Source: an uncultured Rikenella sp. (lineage in GTDB: Bacteria > Bacteroidota > Bacteroidia > Bacteroidales > VadinHA17). From it: 64,000 nucleotides of DNA. The stretch spans positions 7,773 through 71,772 of the forward strand of contig CAZVLJ010000004.1 of NCBI GenBank assembly GCA_964627825.1, read 5' to 3'. Positions within the stretch are counted from its first letter, which is position 1. Each line of letters starts with the position of its first letter. The notes under the pieces are model-generated. The model saw nothing but the letters and a program-made list of their open reading frames with translations. It searched no databases and was not told the origin of the DNA. Shown piece by piece: positions 45,736 to 54,649 of the stretch. Position numbers and translations under genes: made by a program.

Positions 45736-45805
45736 TTCAGTCGGCAGTAGGCAGTTGGCAGTTGGCTAAAGGCAGTTGGCAGTCAGAAATCGCACATCGC
45801 ACATC
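45721..45805. repeat. heptad tandem array GGCAGTN (about 8 units) followed by ATCGCAC x2
   Basis: GGCAGTA GGCAGTA .. GGCAGTA GGCAGTT GGCAGTT GGCTAAA GGCAGTT GGCAGTC, then ATCGCAC ATCGCAC. The first two units encode the last codons and the TAG stop of the SPOR gene. Confidence 0.8.
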
Positions 45806-45820
45806 CTAAGGCTTTCTTTG

Positions 45821-47854
45821 CTACTTCACCGGGCTGCCGTTCTTGATTTTCTTTTCGGGCGTGACGAAGACCAGCTTGCCAGTCTCATCCTCGGCCAGCA
45901 GAACCATTCCCTTTGATTCTATTCCCTTGATTGTGCGGGGGGCGAGGTTGACGATGACCGAAATGGTTTTCCCCGGGAGTTCATCAGCCTTAAAGTGCTC
46001 GGCAATGCCTGAGACGATAGTTCGCACATCAATGCCGGTATCAACCTTCAGCTTAATAAGTTTTGTTGTTTTGGGCACCTTCTCAGCCTCGAGGATGGTG
46101 GCAGTACGTATATCCATTTTGGTGAACTCATCAAAGGTGACATCCTCCTTCTGCGGCAGCACAGTTGCAACGGCACTCTCATTGTTCTTCCTGGTATCCA
46201 TGAGCTTCTGTATCTGCCTGTCTATCTCCGGGTCTTCTATCTTGCTGAAGAGCAGCTCCCCGGAGGAGACAATGTGGCCCGGTGTCAGCAGGTCAGAGCG
46301 TCCTGCAGCATCCCAGTGAAGGCTGGCTATGCCGAGCCATCCTCTCAGCCTGTCCATTGAGAATGGGAGGAACGGTTCCAGCAGTATGGCCAGATTGGCA
46401 GTGATCTGAAGAGAGACATACATGATTGTCTTTACCCGTTCAGGATCAGTCCTGACAACCTTCCACGGCTCGGTGTCAGCAAGGTACTTGTTGCCCAGGC
46501 GTGCCAGGTTCATTGCCTCGGCCAGAGCCTGGCGGAAGCGGAAACTTTCAAGGCTGGTCTCAACATTCTCACGGCAGGTCATGATTGATTTGACCGTTTC
46601 GCTGTCATAGTCTGTCATCTCTCCAGGGACAGGCACGGACCCCTTGTAGTAACTGTTTGTCAGCACCAGCGTGCGGTTGACAAAGTTACCCAGTATGGCA
46701 ACCAGCTCATTGTTGTGGCGTGCCTGGAACTCCTTCCAGGTAAAGTCATTATCCTTTGTCTCCGGGGCGCTGGCACAGAGGGCATAGCGCAGCGAATCCT
46801 GCTTACCTGGGAAATCCTCAAGGTACTCATGCAGCCAGACGGCCCAGTTCCTTGATGTTGATATCTTATCATTTTCCAGGTTGAGGAACTCGTTGGCAGG
46901 TACATTGTCGGGAAGGATATAGCTGCCCTCAGCCTTGAGCATGGCCGGGAAGATGATGCAGTGAAAGACTATGTTGTCCTTGCCTATAAAGTGAATCATT
47001 CGTGTCTCCGGGTCCTTCCAGTATTTCTCCCAGTCAGGGGTCAGCTCCCTGGTGGCGGAGATATATCCTATGGGTGCATCAAACCATACATAGAGTACCT
47101 TTCCTTCGGCTCCCTCAACGGGTACAGGCACTCCCCAGTCGAGGTCACGGCTCACGGCTCTTGGCTGCAGTCCCTGGTCGAGCCACGATTTACACTGACC
47201 ATAGACGTTGGTTTTCCATTCAGTATGTTCCTCGAGGATCCATTTCCTTATCCACGGCTCGTATTTGTCAAGCGGAAGATACCAGTGCAGGGTGTCACGC
47301 ATAACGGGAGCGCTGCCGCTGATGGTTGAGCGAGGGTTGATCAGGTCTGTAGGGCTTAGAGAGGTGCCGCACTTTTCGCACTGATCGCCATAGGCATTTT
47401 CATTGCCGCAGTGAGGGCATGTGCCGGTGATATAGCGGTCAGCCAGGAAGCACCCGGCCTCCTCATCATAATACTGGCTTGATGACCTCTCAATAAATTC
47501 GCCCTGGTCATACAGCTTGCGGAAGAACTGTGAGGCGGTCTCGTAGTGTATCTTATTTGACGTGCGCGAGTATATGTCGAAGGCAATGCCAAAATCGGCG
47601 AAGGCCTTCTTGTTAATCTCATGGTACCGGTCTACCACCTCCTGGGGGGTGATACCCTCTTTCCTGGCTTTGAGTGTTATGGGCACACCGTGCTCATCAG
47701 AGCCACAGATGGAGATAACATCCTCACCGCGCATCCTGAGGTACCGTGTATAGATGTCTGACGGCACGTAAACCCCTGCAAGGTGTCCTATATGGATAGG
47801 CCCGTTGGCATATGGAAGGGCTGATGTGATAAGGTGGCGCTTGAACTTCTTCAT
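45821..47854 (-). CDS. metG: methionine--tRNA ligase
   Basis: [12 protein letters not shown] (HIGH), Zn knuckle [23 protein letters not shown] (KMSKS), C-terminal tRNA-binding domain. Start set to ATG 47854 because a -7 box lies inside the track ORF's upstream extension. Confidence 0.95.
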   Translation of the reverse strand: MKKFKRHLITSALPYANGPIHIGHLAGVYVPSDIYTRYLRMRGEDVISICGSDEHGVPITLKARKEGITPQEVVDRYHEINKKAFADFGIAFDIYSRTSNKIHYETASQFFRKLYDQGEFIERSSSQYYDEEAGCFLADRYITGTCPHCGNENAYGDQCEKCGTSLSPTDLINPRSTISGSAPVMRDTLHWYLPLDKYEPWIRKWILEEHTEWKTNVYGQCKSWLDQGLQPRAVSRDLDWGVPVPVEGAEGKVLYVWFDAPIGYISATRELTPDWEKYWKDPETRMIHFIGKDNIVFHCIIFPAMLKAEGSYILPDNVPANEFLNLENDKISTSRNWAVWLHEYLEDFPGKQDSLRYALCASAPETKDNDFTWKEFQARHNNELVAILGNFVNRTLVLTNSYYKGSVPVPGEMTDYDSETVKSIMTCRENVETSLESFRFRQALAEAMNLARLGNKYLADTEPWKVVRTDPERVKTIMYVSLQITANLAILLEPFLPFSMDRLRGWLGIASLHWDAAGRSDLLTPGHIVSSGELLFSKIEDPEIDRQIQKLMDTRKNNESAVATVLPQKEDVTFDEFTKMDIRTATILEAEKVPKTTKLIKLKVDTGIDVRTIVSGIAEHFKADELPGKTISVIVNLAPRTIKGIESKGMVLLAEDETGKLVFVTPEKKIKNGSPVK

Positions 47855-47886
47855 CTGTGAAATGCGATTGCTGGTATTTGACCCGG

Positions 47887-47894
47887 CAAAGATA
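47887..47894 (-). promoter_or_regulatory. -7 promoter box for metG
   Basis: TATCTTTG on the minus strand, 32 nt before ATG 47854. Confidence 0.5.
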
Positions 47895-47922
47895 ATGATT
47901 TTCAAAAAGCGCTGCGGGCTTG

Positions 47923-48774
47923 TTATTCAACATGTCCGAAGGCTGCAAGCACCTCATGCATGTAAGTGCGTGATACAGGAACTTCCGAGGACGGGGTGCT
48001 GTCAAGCTCCAGCATCAGTCCCTCTTTCTCCCTGCGTATCAGCTTGACCTTCTCAATGTTAACGAGCCATGAGCGGTGGCACCTGATGATTGCCTCCTCC
48101 TTCAGCTCCTCCTCCAGTGTCCTGAGAGTATTGCGGAGCATGAAACGATGCAGCCTCTCCTGTCCCTGGTAGCAGACGGTGACATAGTTATCGCTTCCCT
48201 GAAGGGTGAGCAGATCGGAGTGTTTCAATGACATCCTGAGCACACCTTTCTCGTCACGCAGGTGGATCATCGGGCGCTGTCCCCCTGTCTCGGGCTGCTC
48301 CATCATACCGGAGAGCCTGTCTTTGTTGTCGCGCCATGAGAACCAGAGCCACAGGAAGGTGTAAGGCAGAAGGAGGGTCAGCGATGTGTTCTGCACTGAT
48401 CTGGCAAGCAATTCCGTAAAAGGACGGCGGTCATCCAGTATCACCACCTCGAACAGTGTGAAGAAGAGTGCCATGGCAAGGATCTCTACAGCTACCCAGA
48501 CCAGGTAGTGCCATATCCTCAGTTTGCCTCCCCTTTTGACAAAATGGTACATAATGATCCGGCTGACGGCCACAACCAGTACCCCGGCCAGGATAACCCC
48601 GCTGGCGTAAAGCAGCAGGGTGGGCTTTGACACCTCAAACCAGGTGGCCACTCCAAAGGGGGTATACAGGTTAAGAAAGAGGAGGGCAAATCCTGCAGTG
48701 AAGAGTATCGTCGTAACTATATTCCTCTTCTCCGTAAGATAAACCGGTAACTTTTTGCTGAAATCGATATTCAT
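47923..48774 (-). CDS. membrane-bound LytTR-family DNA-binding protein (4 TM helices + LytTR domain, no receiver domain)
   Basis: N-terminal ~130 aa are hydrophobic helices. The C-terminus carries the LytTR signature ..[39 protein letters not shown]. Confidence 0.8.
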   Translation of the reverse strand: MNIDFSKKLPVYLTEKRNIVTTILFTAGFALLFLNLYTPFGVATWFEVSKPTLLLYASGVILAGVLVVAVSRIIMYHFVKRGGKLRIWHYLVWVAVEILAMALFFTLFEVVILDDRRPFTELLARSVQNTSLTLLLPYTFLWLWFSWRDNKDRLSGMMEQPETGGQRPMIHLRDEKGVLRMSLKHSDLLTLQGSDNYVTVCYQGQERLHRFMLRNTLRTLEEELKEEAIIRCHRSWLVNIEKVKLIRREKEGLMLELDSTPSSEVPVSRTYMHEVLAAFGHVE

Positions 48775-48790
48775 TTTTGAGATCTCTATA

Positions 48791-48798
48791 CAAAAGTA
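48791..48798 (-). promoter_or_regulatory. -7 promoter box for the LytTR gene
   Basis: TACTTTTG on the minus strand, 16 nt before ATG 48774. Confidence 0.5.
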
Positions 48799-48844
48799 AC
48801 ACTTTTGCCGACCTGCTGTTTTTTAACCGAATACTGCACGGAAA

Positions 48845-48874
48845 TTTCACCCCTGGCAGTGGTTTTTCACCCCT
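48845..48874. promoter_or_regulatory. two perfect 10-bp direct repeats TTTCACCCCT with 20-bp period; candidate LytTR operator
   Basis: TTTCACCCCT at 48845-48854 and 48865-48874, in the divergent region between the LytTR gene and the hydrolase-like gene. It lies about 50-80 bp upstream of the LytTR -7 box. Confidence 0.4.
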
Positions 48875-48966
48875 CATAATGGTTTTATGGCCCATCGAAG
48901 GGAAGGAGGCACCTATTTTTTGGAAGCGTTTCCGCCAATGATTTTGTTTGCCACAAAAAACCGGTT

Positions 48967-50118
48967 GTGGGGTATAGTAAGACAGAGAGAGAGCTTGGCC
49001 TCTTTTACAGGGAGGGGATAACCGCAGGGGTGATCCCGGGTACAGGGGTGACCCTCTCGGAGGAGCTTTTCCGCTCAACAGGCGGCTACGTTTTTGCTGA
49101 CACGACGCATGTCCCGGAAATGTTCCGATTTCTCTTCCGGTCACGGGAGGCTGAGGAGCGAAACAGGGAGTTCAGATATTACATCATGAACCCGGTGAAA
49201 AGGTACGGGAAGGGAGCAATTATCATGCTTCACGGGCTTAATGAAAGACGATGGGACAAGTATCTGCAATGGGGCATCCGCCTGGCAGAAGGAACAGGCA
49301 GGCCGGTGATTCTTTTTCCCCTGGCCTGGCACATGAACCGGTCACCGCGCAGTTGGGTAGACAGGCACCTGATGATGCCCCTGGTGGCAGCCCGCACATC
49401 ACTGCTGCCTGACACCCGTATGACTACCTTCGTTAATGTGGCACTGAGCACCCGCATGACCGTCTCGCCTCAACGCTTCATGCTGTCAGGCTACCAGAGC
49501 ATAAGTGACCTGACGATGTTCATCCGTATGTTGAAGGAGGGCAGTGTGGCAGGCATTGCCTCCGGCGGTACGGTTGATATCTTTGCCTATTCCATCGGAG
49601 CGCTGGCCACCCAGGTGATGATGCTGTCTGAATCCTCCCCGCTGCCACCTGACAGCCGCGTGATGCTCTTCTGCGGCGGGAGTGCCTTCAACCTGATGAA
49701 CGGAACATCCAAACTGATAATGGACAGCAGGGCGTTCGAGAGACTGCTTTCATTTTACCTTGGCCTGCCGGCAAGCCAGACAGGGCATAACCGTGAAAGC
49801 CTGGCAACACTGATGAATGATACTCCCGAGGGTAAGGCCTTCTATCATATGACATCACTTCAGCGATTGGAATCGCTGCCGGCCAGACCCTTCGGAAAAT
49901 GGGACGGCAGGCTCAGGGCAGTGAGCCTGACAGGCGACACAGTCATCCCTCCTGACGCTATCAGAAGGACGCTTCACGGAGCTGATGTGCAGGTGTGGGA
50001 CCCTGGATACCGGTTTACACATGAGTCACCATTCCCTCTTCTTTCCGGCGTGAAGGCCGATGCTGTGGACCACGCCTTCGGCAGACTCTTTGAGACTGCA
50101 GCAGGATTTCTGTCGTGA
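48967..50118 (+). CDS. alpha/beta-hydrolase-fold-like protein of unknown function
   Basis: ..AIIMLHGLNER.. (oxyanion-region-like) and nucleophile-elbow-like FAYSIGALA. The start is uncertain: GTG 48967 or ATG 49120. Confidence 0.5.
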   Translation: MGYSKTERELGLFYREGITAGVIPGTGVTLSEELFRSTGGYVFADTTHVPEMFRFLFRSREAEERNREFRYYIMNPVKRYGKGAIIMLHGLNERRWDKYLQWGIRLAEGTGRPVILFPLAWHMNRSPRSWVDRHLMMPLVAARTSLLPDTRMTTFVNVALSTRMTVSPQRFMLSGYQSISDLTMFIRMLKEGSVAGIASGGTVDIFAYSIGALATQVMMLSESSPLPPDSRVMLFCGGSAFNLMNGTSKLIMDSRAFERLLSFYLGLPASQTGHNRESLATLMNDTPEGKAFYHMTSLQRLESLPARPFGKWDGRLRAVSLTGDTVIPPDAIRRTLHGADVQVWDPGYRFTHESPFPLLSGVKADAVDHAFGRLFETAAGFLS

Positions 50119-50156
50119 AATGACTATTTTTGGTACGAACGCCATTTTGTACGATA

Positions 50157-51068
50157 ATGAAATCACTGATCATTCCGCCATACCTGAAGAAGGGCGACCG
50201 CATTGAGATAATCACCCCTGCAAGCCCTATTGATGAGGATGTTGTTCATAAGGCCGTCGTGAGACTTGAAGATTCCGGCTTCCGGGTCACCACGGGTGAA
50301 AATGCCTTTGCCAGCTGCGGCCCCTTTGCCGGGACCGAGGCCGAACGACTGGCAGACATACAGAAGGCTACCGATGACCCGGACGTAAAGGCAGTACTGT
50401 GCTCCCGGGGCGGCTACGGCATGACAAGGATAGTTGACCGGATTGACTTCACGGCTATGAAGAAGAATCCCAAGTGGTACGTGGGTTACAGTGATATCAC
50501 CTCATTGCACCTGTGGCTCAACACGGTATGCGGCATCGCCTCGCTGCATGCCGAGATGCCACTGAACTACTCAAGCCCTGACTGCCTGCCAGAGAGTTAT
50601 GACACGCTGATCAAAGCCCTCACGGGTAACCCGGAGCCGGTGAGCTGGATCACACAGGGCGAAGCTTCATTTGAGGTCAAGGGAAGGGTCATCGGAGGAA
50701 ACATATCACTCATCTACAGCCTTCACGGCACACCCGCACAACCTGACACTGACGGCGCAATTCTCTTCATTGAGGAGATAGGGGAGAAGTTTTATCATCT
50801 TGACAGGATGCTCGTGGGGATGCGTATGGCAGGATTGCTGAAGAACCTGTCAGCGCTGGTTGTAGGAGGGATGGAACAGATCACCGAGGGTGAGCATGTT
50901 TTCAACCAGACAGTGGAGGAGGTTGTGATGAATGTTGTGGGCAGCTACGGTTATCCTGTGCTTTTCAACTTTCCTGCAGGGCATATAAATGATAACAGGG
51001 CTATTTACCTGGGGTGTGCTGCCCGGCTCAGGCAGTCGGGCAGGGAGGCCCTCCTGACCTGGCGGTAG
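50157..51068 (+). CDS. LD-carboxypeptidase (peptidase S66, LdcA-like)
   Basis: ..CSRGGYG.. and nucleophile motif VGYSDITSLH, plus C-terminal ..FPAGH... Start moved to ATG 50157 (MKSLIIPPYLKKGDRIEIITPAS). Confidence 0.85.
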   Translation: MKSLIIPPYLKKGDRIEIITPASPIDEDVVHKAVVRLEDSGFRVTTGENAFASCGPFAGTEAERLADIQKATDDPDVKAVLCSRGGYGMTRIVDRIDFTAMKKNPKWYVGYSDITSLHLWLNTVCGIASLHAEMPLNYSSPDCLPESYDTLIKALTGNPEPVSWITQGEASFEVKGRVIGGNISLIYSLHGTPAQPDTDGAILFIEEIGEKFYHLDRMLVGMRMAGLLKNLSALVVGGMEQITEGEHVFNQTVEEVVMNVVGSYGYPVLFNFPAGHINDNRAIYLGCAARLRQSGREALLTWR

Positions 51069-51247
51069 CCTGCGGCCAAAATCGGCAATCGACAATTCTG
51101 GATGGTCTACGACCATCATCACGCATTAACATCTTGTTCTACAATTCTTTATGGTCTACGACCATCATCCCGCCTGCGGTCAAAATCGGCAATCGACAAT
51201 CGAAAATCAACAATTCTCACTACTGCCGACTGGTACTGCCGACTGGT
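51068..51247. repeat. mosaic of direct repeats filling the LD-carboxypeptidase/ald convergent spacer
   Basis: 29-mer GCCTGCGG(C/T)CAAAATCGGCAATCGACAAT at 51068 and 51172 (28/29). 33-mer ACAATTCT..ATGGTCTACGACCATCATC.CGC at 51092 and 51141 (30/33). Heptads ATCGGCA ATCGACA ATCGAAA ATCAACA (51185-51212). 13-mer ACTGCCGACTGGT x2 (51222-51247). Confidence 0.85.
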
Positions 51248-52443
51248 CAGAACGCTGCCAGCAGCAGGTTCAGATCCTTTGACAGTATGCCGAATCTCTG
51301 ACCCAGCGCCTCGTTGGTTAGGATGCCGTTAAAGATATACACGCCGTTTCTCAGGCCGTTGTTGAACCTGAGCATAGGGGTTATCCCTCCCGCATCTGCT
51401 ATCTCCTGCATAAGAGGCCTGAAGACGTTGCTCAGGGCTATGGATGCAGTCTTGGGTACCCTTGACGGCAGGTTCCATGCCGAATAGTGTATCACACCAT
51501 GCTTCTCATAGATGGGGTCTTTCACTGCCCTCGGCTCAGCTGTCTCCACACATCCACCGGTATCAATGCTCAGATCGATGATCACCGATCCCCTCTTCAT
51601 GCCCTGGACCATATCTTCGGTTACGTAGAACCATGGCATTAGTATGTCTGTTGAGAGTGCTCCTATAAGAACGTCGGCCGACTTCAGGGCTTTCTGCAGC
51701 ACCTGCGGGTGGAAGGTAGAGGTATAGAGGCGTTGTCCCAGCAGGTTCTGGAAGTTACGGAGCCGGTGCACCGAGGTATCGAACACCCTCACTATGGCTC
51801 CCAGTCCCAGGGCGGCACGCGCGGCATACTCACCAGCAGTGTTGGCTCCGATAATGATCACCTCGGTGGGGGTCACACCGGTCACCCCGCCAAGCATAAT
51901 CCCTTTACCTCCGGAGGTGGTGCTCAGGTATTCCGATGCCAGCAGCACCGAGGTGATACCGCTGATCTCGCTCATTGACTCCACCACGGGGAGTATACCG
52001 TCACTGTCTTTGATGTTTTCACTTGCGAGGGCTGTCACCCGCCTGCGCATCAGCATAGAAATGGTATCCTCAGCCATTGTGGCTGCGTTCATGAATGAGA
52101 TGACCGTCTGTCCGCCCTTGAGCCGGGAGGCCTCGGAGTGGGTGAAGGGGGCTATCTTAATAATTATGTCACAGCCATAAACAATATCAGGGGAGTCAGT
52201 CACAACAGCGCCGTTGTCACTGTATTCCACATCCGCAAAACCGGCATCTTCACCGGCACCCCGCTCCATAAAGACCTCGTTACCTGCATCGGTGAGTATC
52301 TTCACGGCTTCAGGAGTGAGTGCAACACGTTTCTCCCCGTCCTGCAGGTCATGGGGTAACCCGATAGATATCTGCCTCCTGCCCACCGCTTTCTCTATCA
52401 GTTCCTCACGGGGCATGAACGCACTTTTGGACGGCTCATTCAT
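51247..52443 (-). CDS. ald: alanine dehydrogenase-family protein
   Basis: AlaDH/PNT N- and C-domains and an NAD-binding loop VIIIGANTAGEYAAR. Start moved to ATG 52443 (MNEPSKS..), 45 nt downstream of a -7 box. Confidence 0.75.
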   Translation of the reverse strand: MNEPSKSAFMPREELIEKAVGRRQISIGLPHDLQDGEKRVALTPEAVKILTDAGNEVFMERGAGEDAGFADVEYSDNGAVVTDSPDIVYGCDIIIKIAPFTHSEASRLKGGQTVISFMNAATMAEDTISMLMRRRVTALASENIKDSDGILPVVESMSEISGITSVLLASEYLSTTSGGKGIMLGGVTGVTPTEVIIIGANTAGEYAARAALGLGAIVRVFDTSVHRLRNFQNLLGQRLYTSTFHPQVLQKALKSADVLIGALSTDILMPWFYVTEDMVQGMKRGSVIIDLSIDTGGCVETAEPRAVKDPIYEKHGVIHYSAWNLPSRVPKTASIALSNVFRPLMQEIADAGGITPMLRFNNGLRNGVYIFNGILTNEALGQRFGILSKDLNLLLAAF

Positions 52444-52488
52444 CTGGCTTCGATTTAATGGTTTAACGGAAGAAAAATCCCGGCAGAC

Positions 52489-52496
52489 CAAAATTA
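52489..52496 (-). promoter_or_regulatory. candidate -7 promoter box for ald
   Basis: TAATTTTG on the minus strand, 45 nt before ATG 52443. Confidence 0.45.
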
Positions 52497-52628
52497 AGAT
52501 TTTAATTGAACAGATAACAGAATGAGGACTATAAATCAACAGGAGACTTACAGCAGGAGACCGGAGAAGCCGGGCTGCTGTTTTCACCGTGACTGTCAGA
52601 AAGCGGTCAGGGGGAATAAGACCCCCAA

Positions 52629-53063
52629 TCAGTCCGGCTCCAGGGGCAGGGACAGGGTCTCAATTATCCTGGCACCGTCAGGCTCAACGGTGATGGAGAT
52701 ACGCAGAGTACCGTCAGGGAGCAGGGGCTCTATCAGCTCCGGCCATTCCATGAAACAGTGGGCCCCTGAAGCAAAGTATTCCTCTATGCCAAAGTCGAGC
52801 ACCTCGGTGATCTTCTTTATCCTGTAAAAATCGAAATGATATACAGGTTTTCCGCTGTGATCCCGGTACTCATTGATGAGCGTGAAGGTGGGGCTGGTTA
52901 CCGTGTCGGTCACTCCCATCTCGCGGCATAACGCCCTGATGAATGTTGTCTTGCCGGACCCCATGGAGCCGCAGATGGCAAAGATTGTATGGCCTGCTGT
53001 TTCCTTCAGGAACTGCCTTGCCGCTTTGCGCAACCGGCTCTTATCACTTACAACGATCCTCAT
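52629..53063 (-). CDS. tsaE: tRNA t6A37 biosynthesis protein TsaE
   Basis: P-loop CGSMGSGKTTF, ..YHFDFYR.. motif, 144 aa. Confidence 0.85.
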   Translation of the reverse strand: MRIVVSDKSRLRKAARQFLKETAGHTIFAICGSMGSGKTTFIRALCREMGVTDTVTSPTFTLINEYRDHSGKPVYHFDFYRIKKITEVLDFGIEEYFASGAHCFMEWPELIEPLLPDGTLRISITVEPDGARIIETLSLPLEPD

Positions 53064-53080
53064 GCCACAAAAATAGCAAA

Positions 53081-54634
53081 TCAGACCGGTTCCAGCGATA
53101 CCAGCGGAAGGAGCATCTCCTGCATTGATACGCCACCGTGCTGTAATGAGTCACGGTAGTATGATACTATGTGGTTGTAGTTGTTGGGATAGACAAGGAA
53201 ATCATTGGCACAGGCAAAGATATACCTCGATGAGATATTGGTCATGGGCAGCCCCGCCTTTGAGGGGGTGGTGATCTCAAACACTTCGCGCGGGTTGTAG
53301 TCAAGATTCCTTCCGGTTTTGTATCGCAGGTTCATCGATGTCTGTCTGTCGCCTATCACCTTTACGGGTTTCTGTACCCTGACTGATCCGTGATCAGTGG
53401 TGATAACCACGCGTGCTCCTTTGGCTGATACCAGCCTGAGCAACTCCTTCAGCGGGGAGTGAACAAACCACGAGTGGGTCAGCGATAGCCATGAGGCCTC
53501 GTCTGTTGTCATGTCACGGATAAGATCAATCTCGGTACGGGCATGACTGAGCAGATCGACGAAGTTATAGACCAGCATGTTCAGATCATTACCCAGCAGC
53601 TGGGGAATCTTCTCATTGAGGCTTCTTCCTTCAGTGTCAGAGCTCACCTTGTTGTAGCTCCAGCGGCAGTTGATACCTGCCCTCTGCAGGTTCTTGGACA
53701 GCAGTTTCTCCTCATTCAGGTTCTTGCCCTCATCATCATTCTCATCAATCCAGAAATCAGGCATTATCTCCCCGATAGCGGCAGGCATCAGGCCTGCAAA
53801 GAGGGCGTTGCGTGAATATTGAGTGGTGGTGGGCAGGATACTCAGATACAGCTCCTCATCAACTGTACGCATTATCTGTCTCAGGTCACCGGCTATTGTC
53901 TGCCACTGGTCAAGACGCATGTTGTCAATGACTATGAAGAAGAGAGGAGACCCCTTACTTAAGAGGGGAAAGATTCTCCTGGTCAGCACTGCCGGAGAGA
54001 TGAGTGGTCTGTCAGCAGCGTCGGAGGAGATCCATCTCAGGTAGTTGGCAGAAATGTATTTTGTAAAGACCCTGTTGGCATCAGCCTCCTGCATCCTGAG
54101 AACATCGCGCATGCCGGTGTCGGATGATCTGATAAGCTCTCCCTGCCAGAAGATGAGTCGGCGGTACAGATCACACCATTGTTCGAAAGATGCAGCTGAG
54201 GAGATCATCCCTGACAGGGTACCAAACTCCTCCCTGAAGACGGTTGTTGTCTGCCGGGTGACTATCTCTTCGATGTTGAGTATGCGCTTGAGGGTCATGA
54301 GGATCTGTTGCGGCTTGACGGGCTTGATGAGGTAATCAGCTATCTGTGAGCCTATTGCGGCATCCATTATATCCTCCTCCTCGCTCTTGGTGATCATGAC
54401 CACCGGGATTGTCGGTCTGACAGCCTTGATACGGCGCAGGGTCTCAATGCCACTCAGGCCGGGCATATACTCATCAAGAAAGATGATGTCATAAGCTTTC
54501 TCCCTGACCATGTTAATGGCGTCATTGCCGGAGTGACAGGTGTCAGTCTCAAATCCTCTTTCATTGAGAAAGAGTATATGAGGTCTCAGGACCCCTATCT
54601 CGTCATCAACCCATAATATTCGTATCTCTCTCAT
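53081..54634 (-). CDS. porX: T9SS response regulator PorX (receiver + PglZ/alkaline-phosphatase-like domain)
   Basis: Receiver domain ILWVDDE...IIFLDEYMPGLSG..., a helical linker, and a PglZ-type C-terminus with VVITTDHGS. 517 aa, matching PorX architecture. Confidence 0.8.
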   Translation of the reverse strand: MREIRILWVDDEIGVLRPHILFLNERGFETDTCHSGNDAINMVREKAYDIIFLDEYMPGLSGIETLRRIKAVRPTIPVVMITKSEEEDIMDAAIGSQIADYLIKPVKPQQILMTLKRILNIEEIVTRQTTTVFREEFGTLSGMISSAASFEQWCDLYRRLIFWQGELIRSSDTGMRDVLRMQEADANRVFTKYISANYLRWISSDAADRPLISPAVLTRRIFPLLSKGSPLFFIVIDNMRLDQWQTIAGDLRQIMRTVDEELYLSILPTTTQYSRNALFAGLMPAAIGEIMPDFWIDENDDEGKNLNEEKLLSKNLQRAGINCRWSYNKVSSDTEGRSLNEKIPQLLGNDLNMLVYNFVDLLSHARTEIDLIRDMTTDEASWLSLTHSWFVHSPLKELLRLVSAKGARVVITTDHGSVRVQKPVKVIGDRQTSMNLRYKTGRNLDYNPREVFEITTPSKAGLPMTNISSRYIFACANDFLVYPNNYNHIVSYYRDSLQHGGVSMQEMLLPLVSLEPV

Positions 54635-54649
54635 TGGAAGCCTATAATG

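Noticed and set aside
48671-49144. 157-aa minus-strand ORF spanning the LytTR promoter region
   Set aside because: It overlaps the 5' end of the LytTR gene, the whole divergent promoter region and the start of the hydrolase-like gene. The product is P/R/S-rich with no motif.
51068-51247. Possible CRISPR array or tRNA/sRNA gene in the repeat-rich spacers (also 45721-45805, 38337-38427)
   Set aside because: The repeat units are 7-33 nt, degenerate, and not separated by unique spacers of regular length. No cas genes are present. No cloverleaf or conserved RNA motif could be folded by eye. I report them as repeats of unknown function instead.
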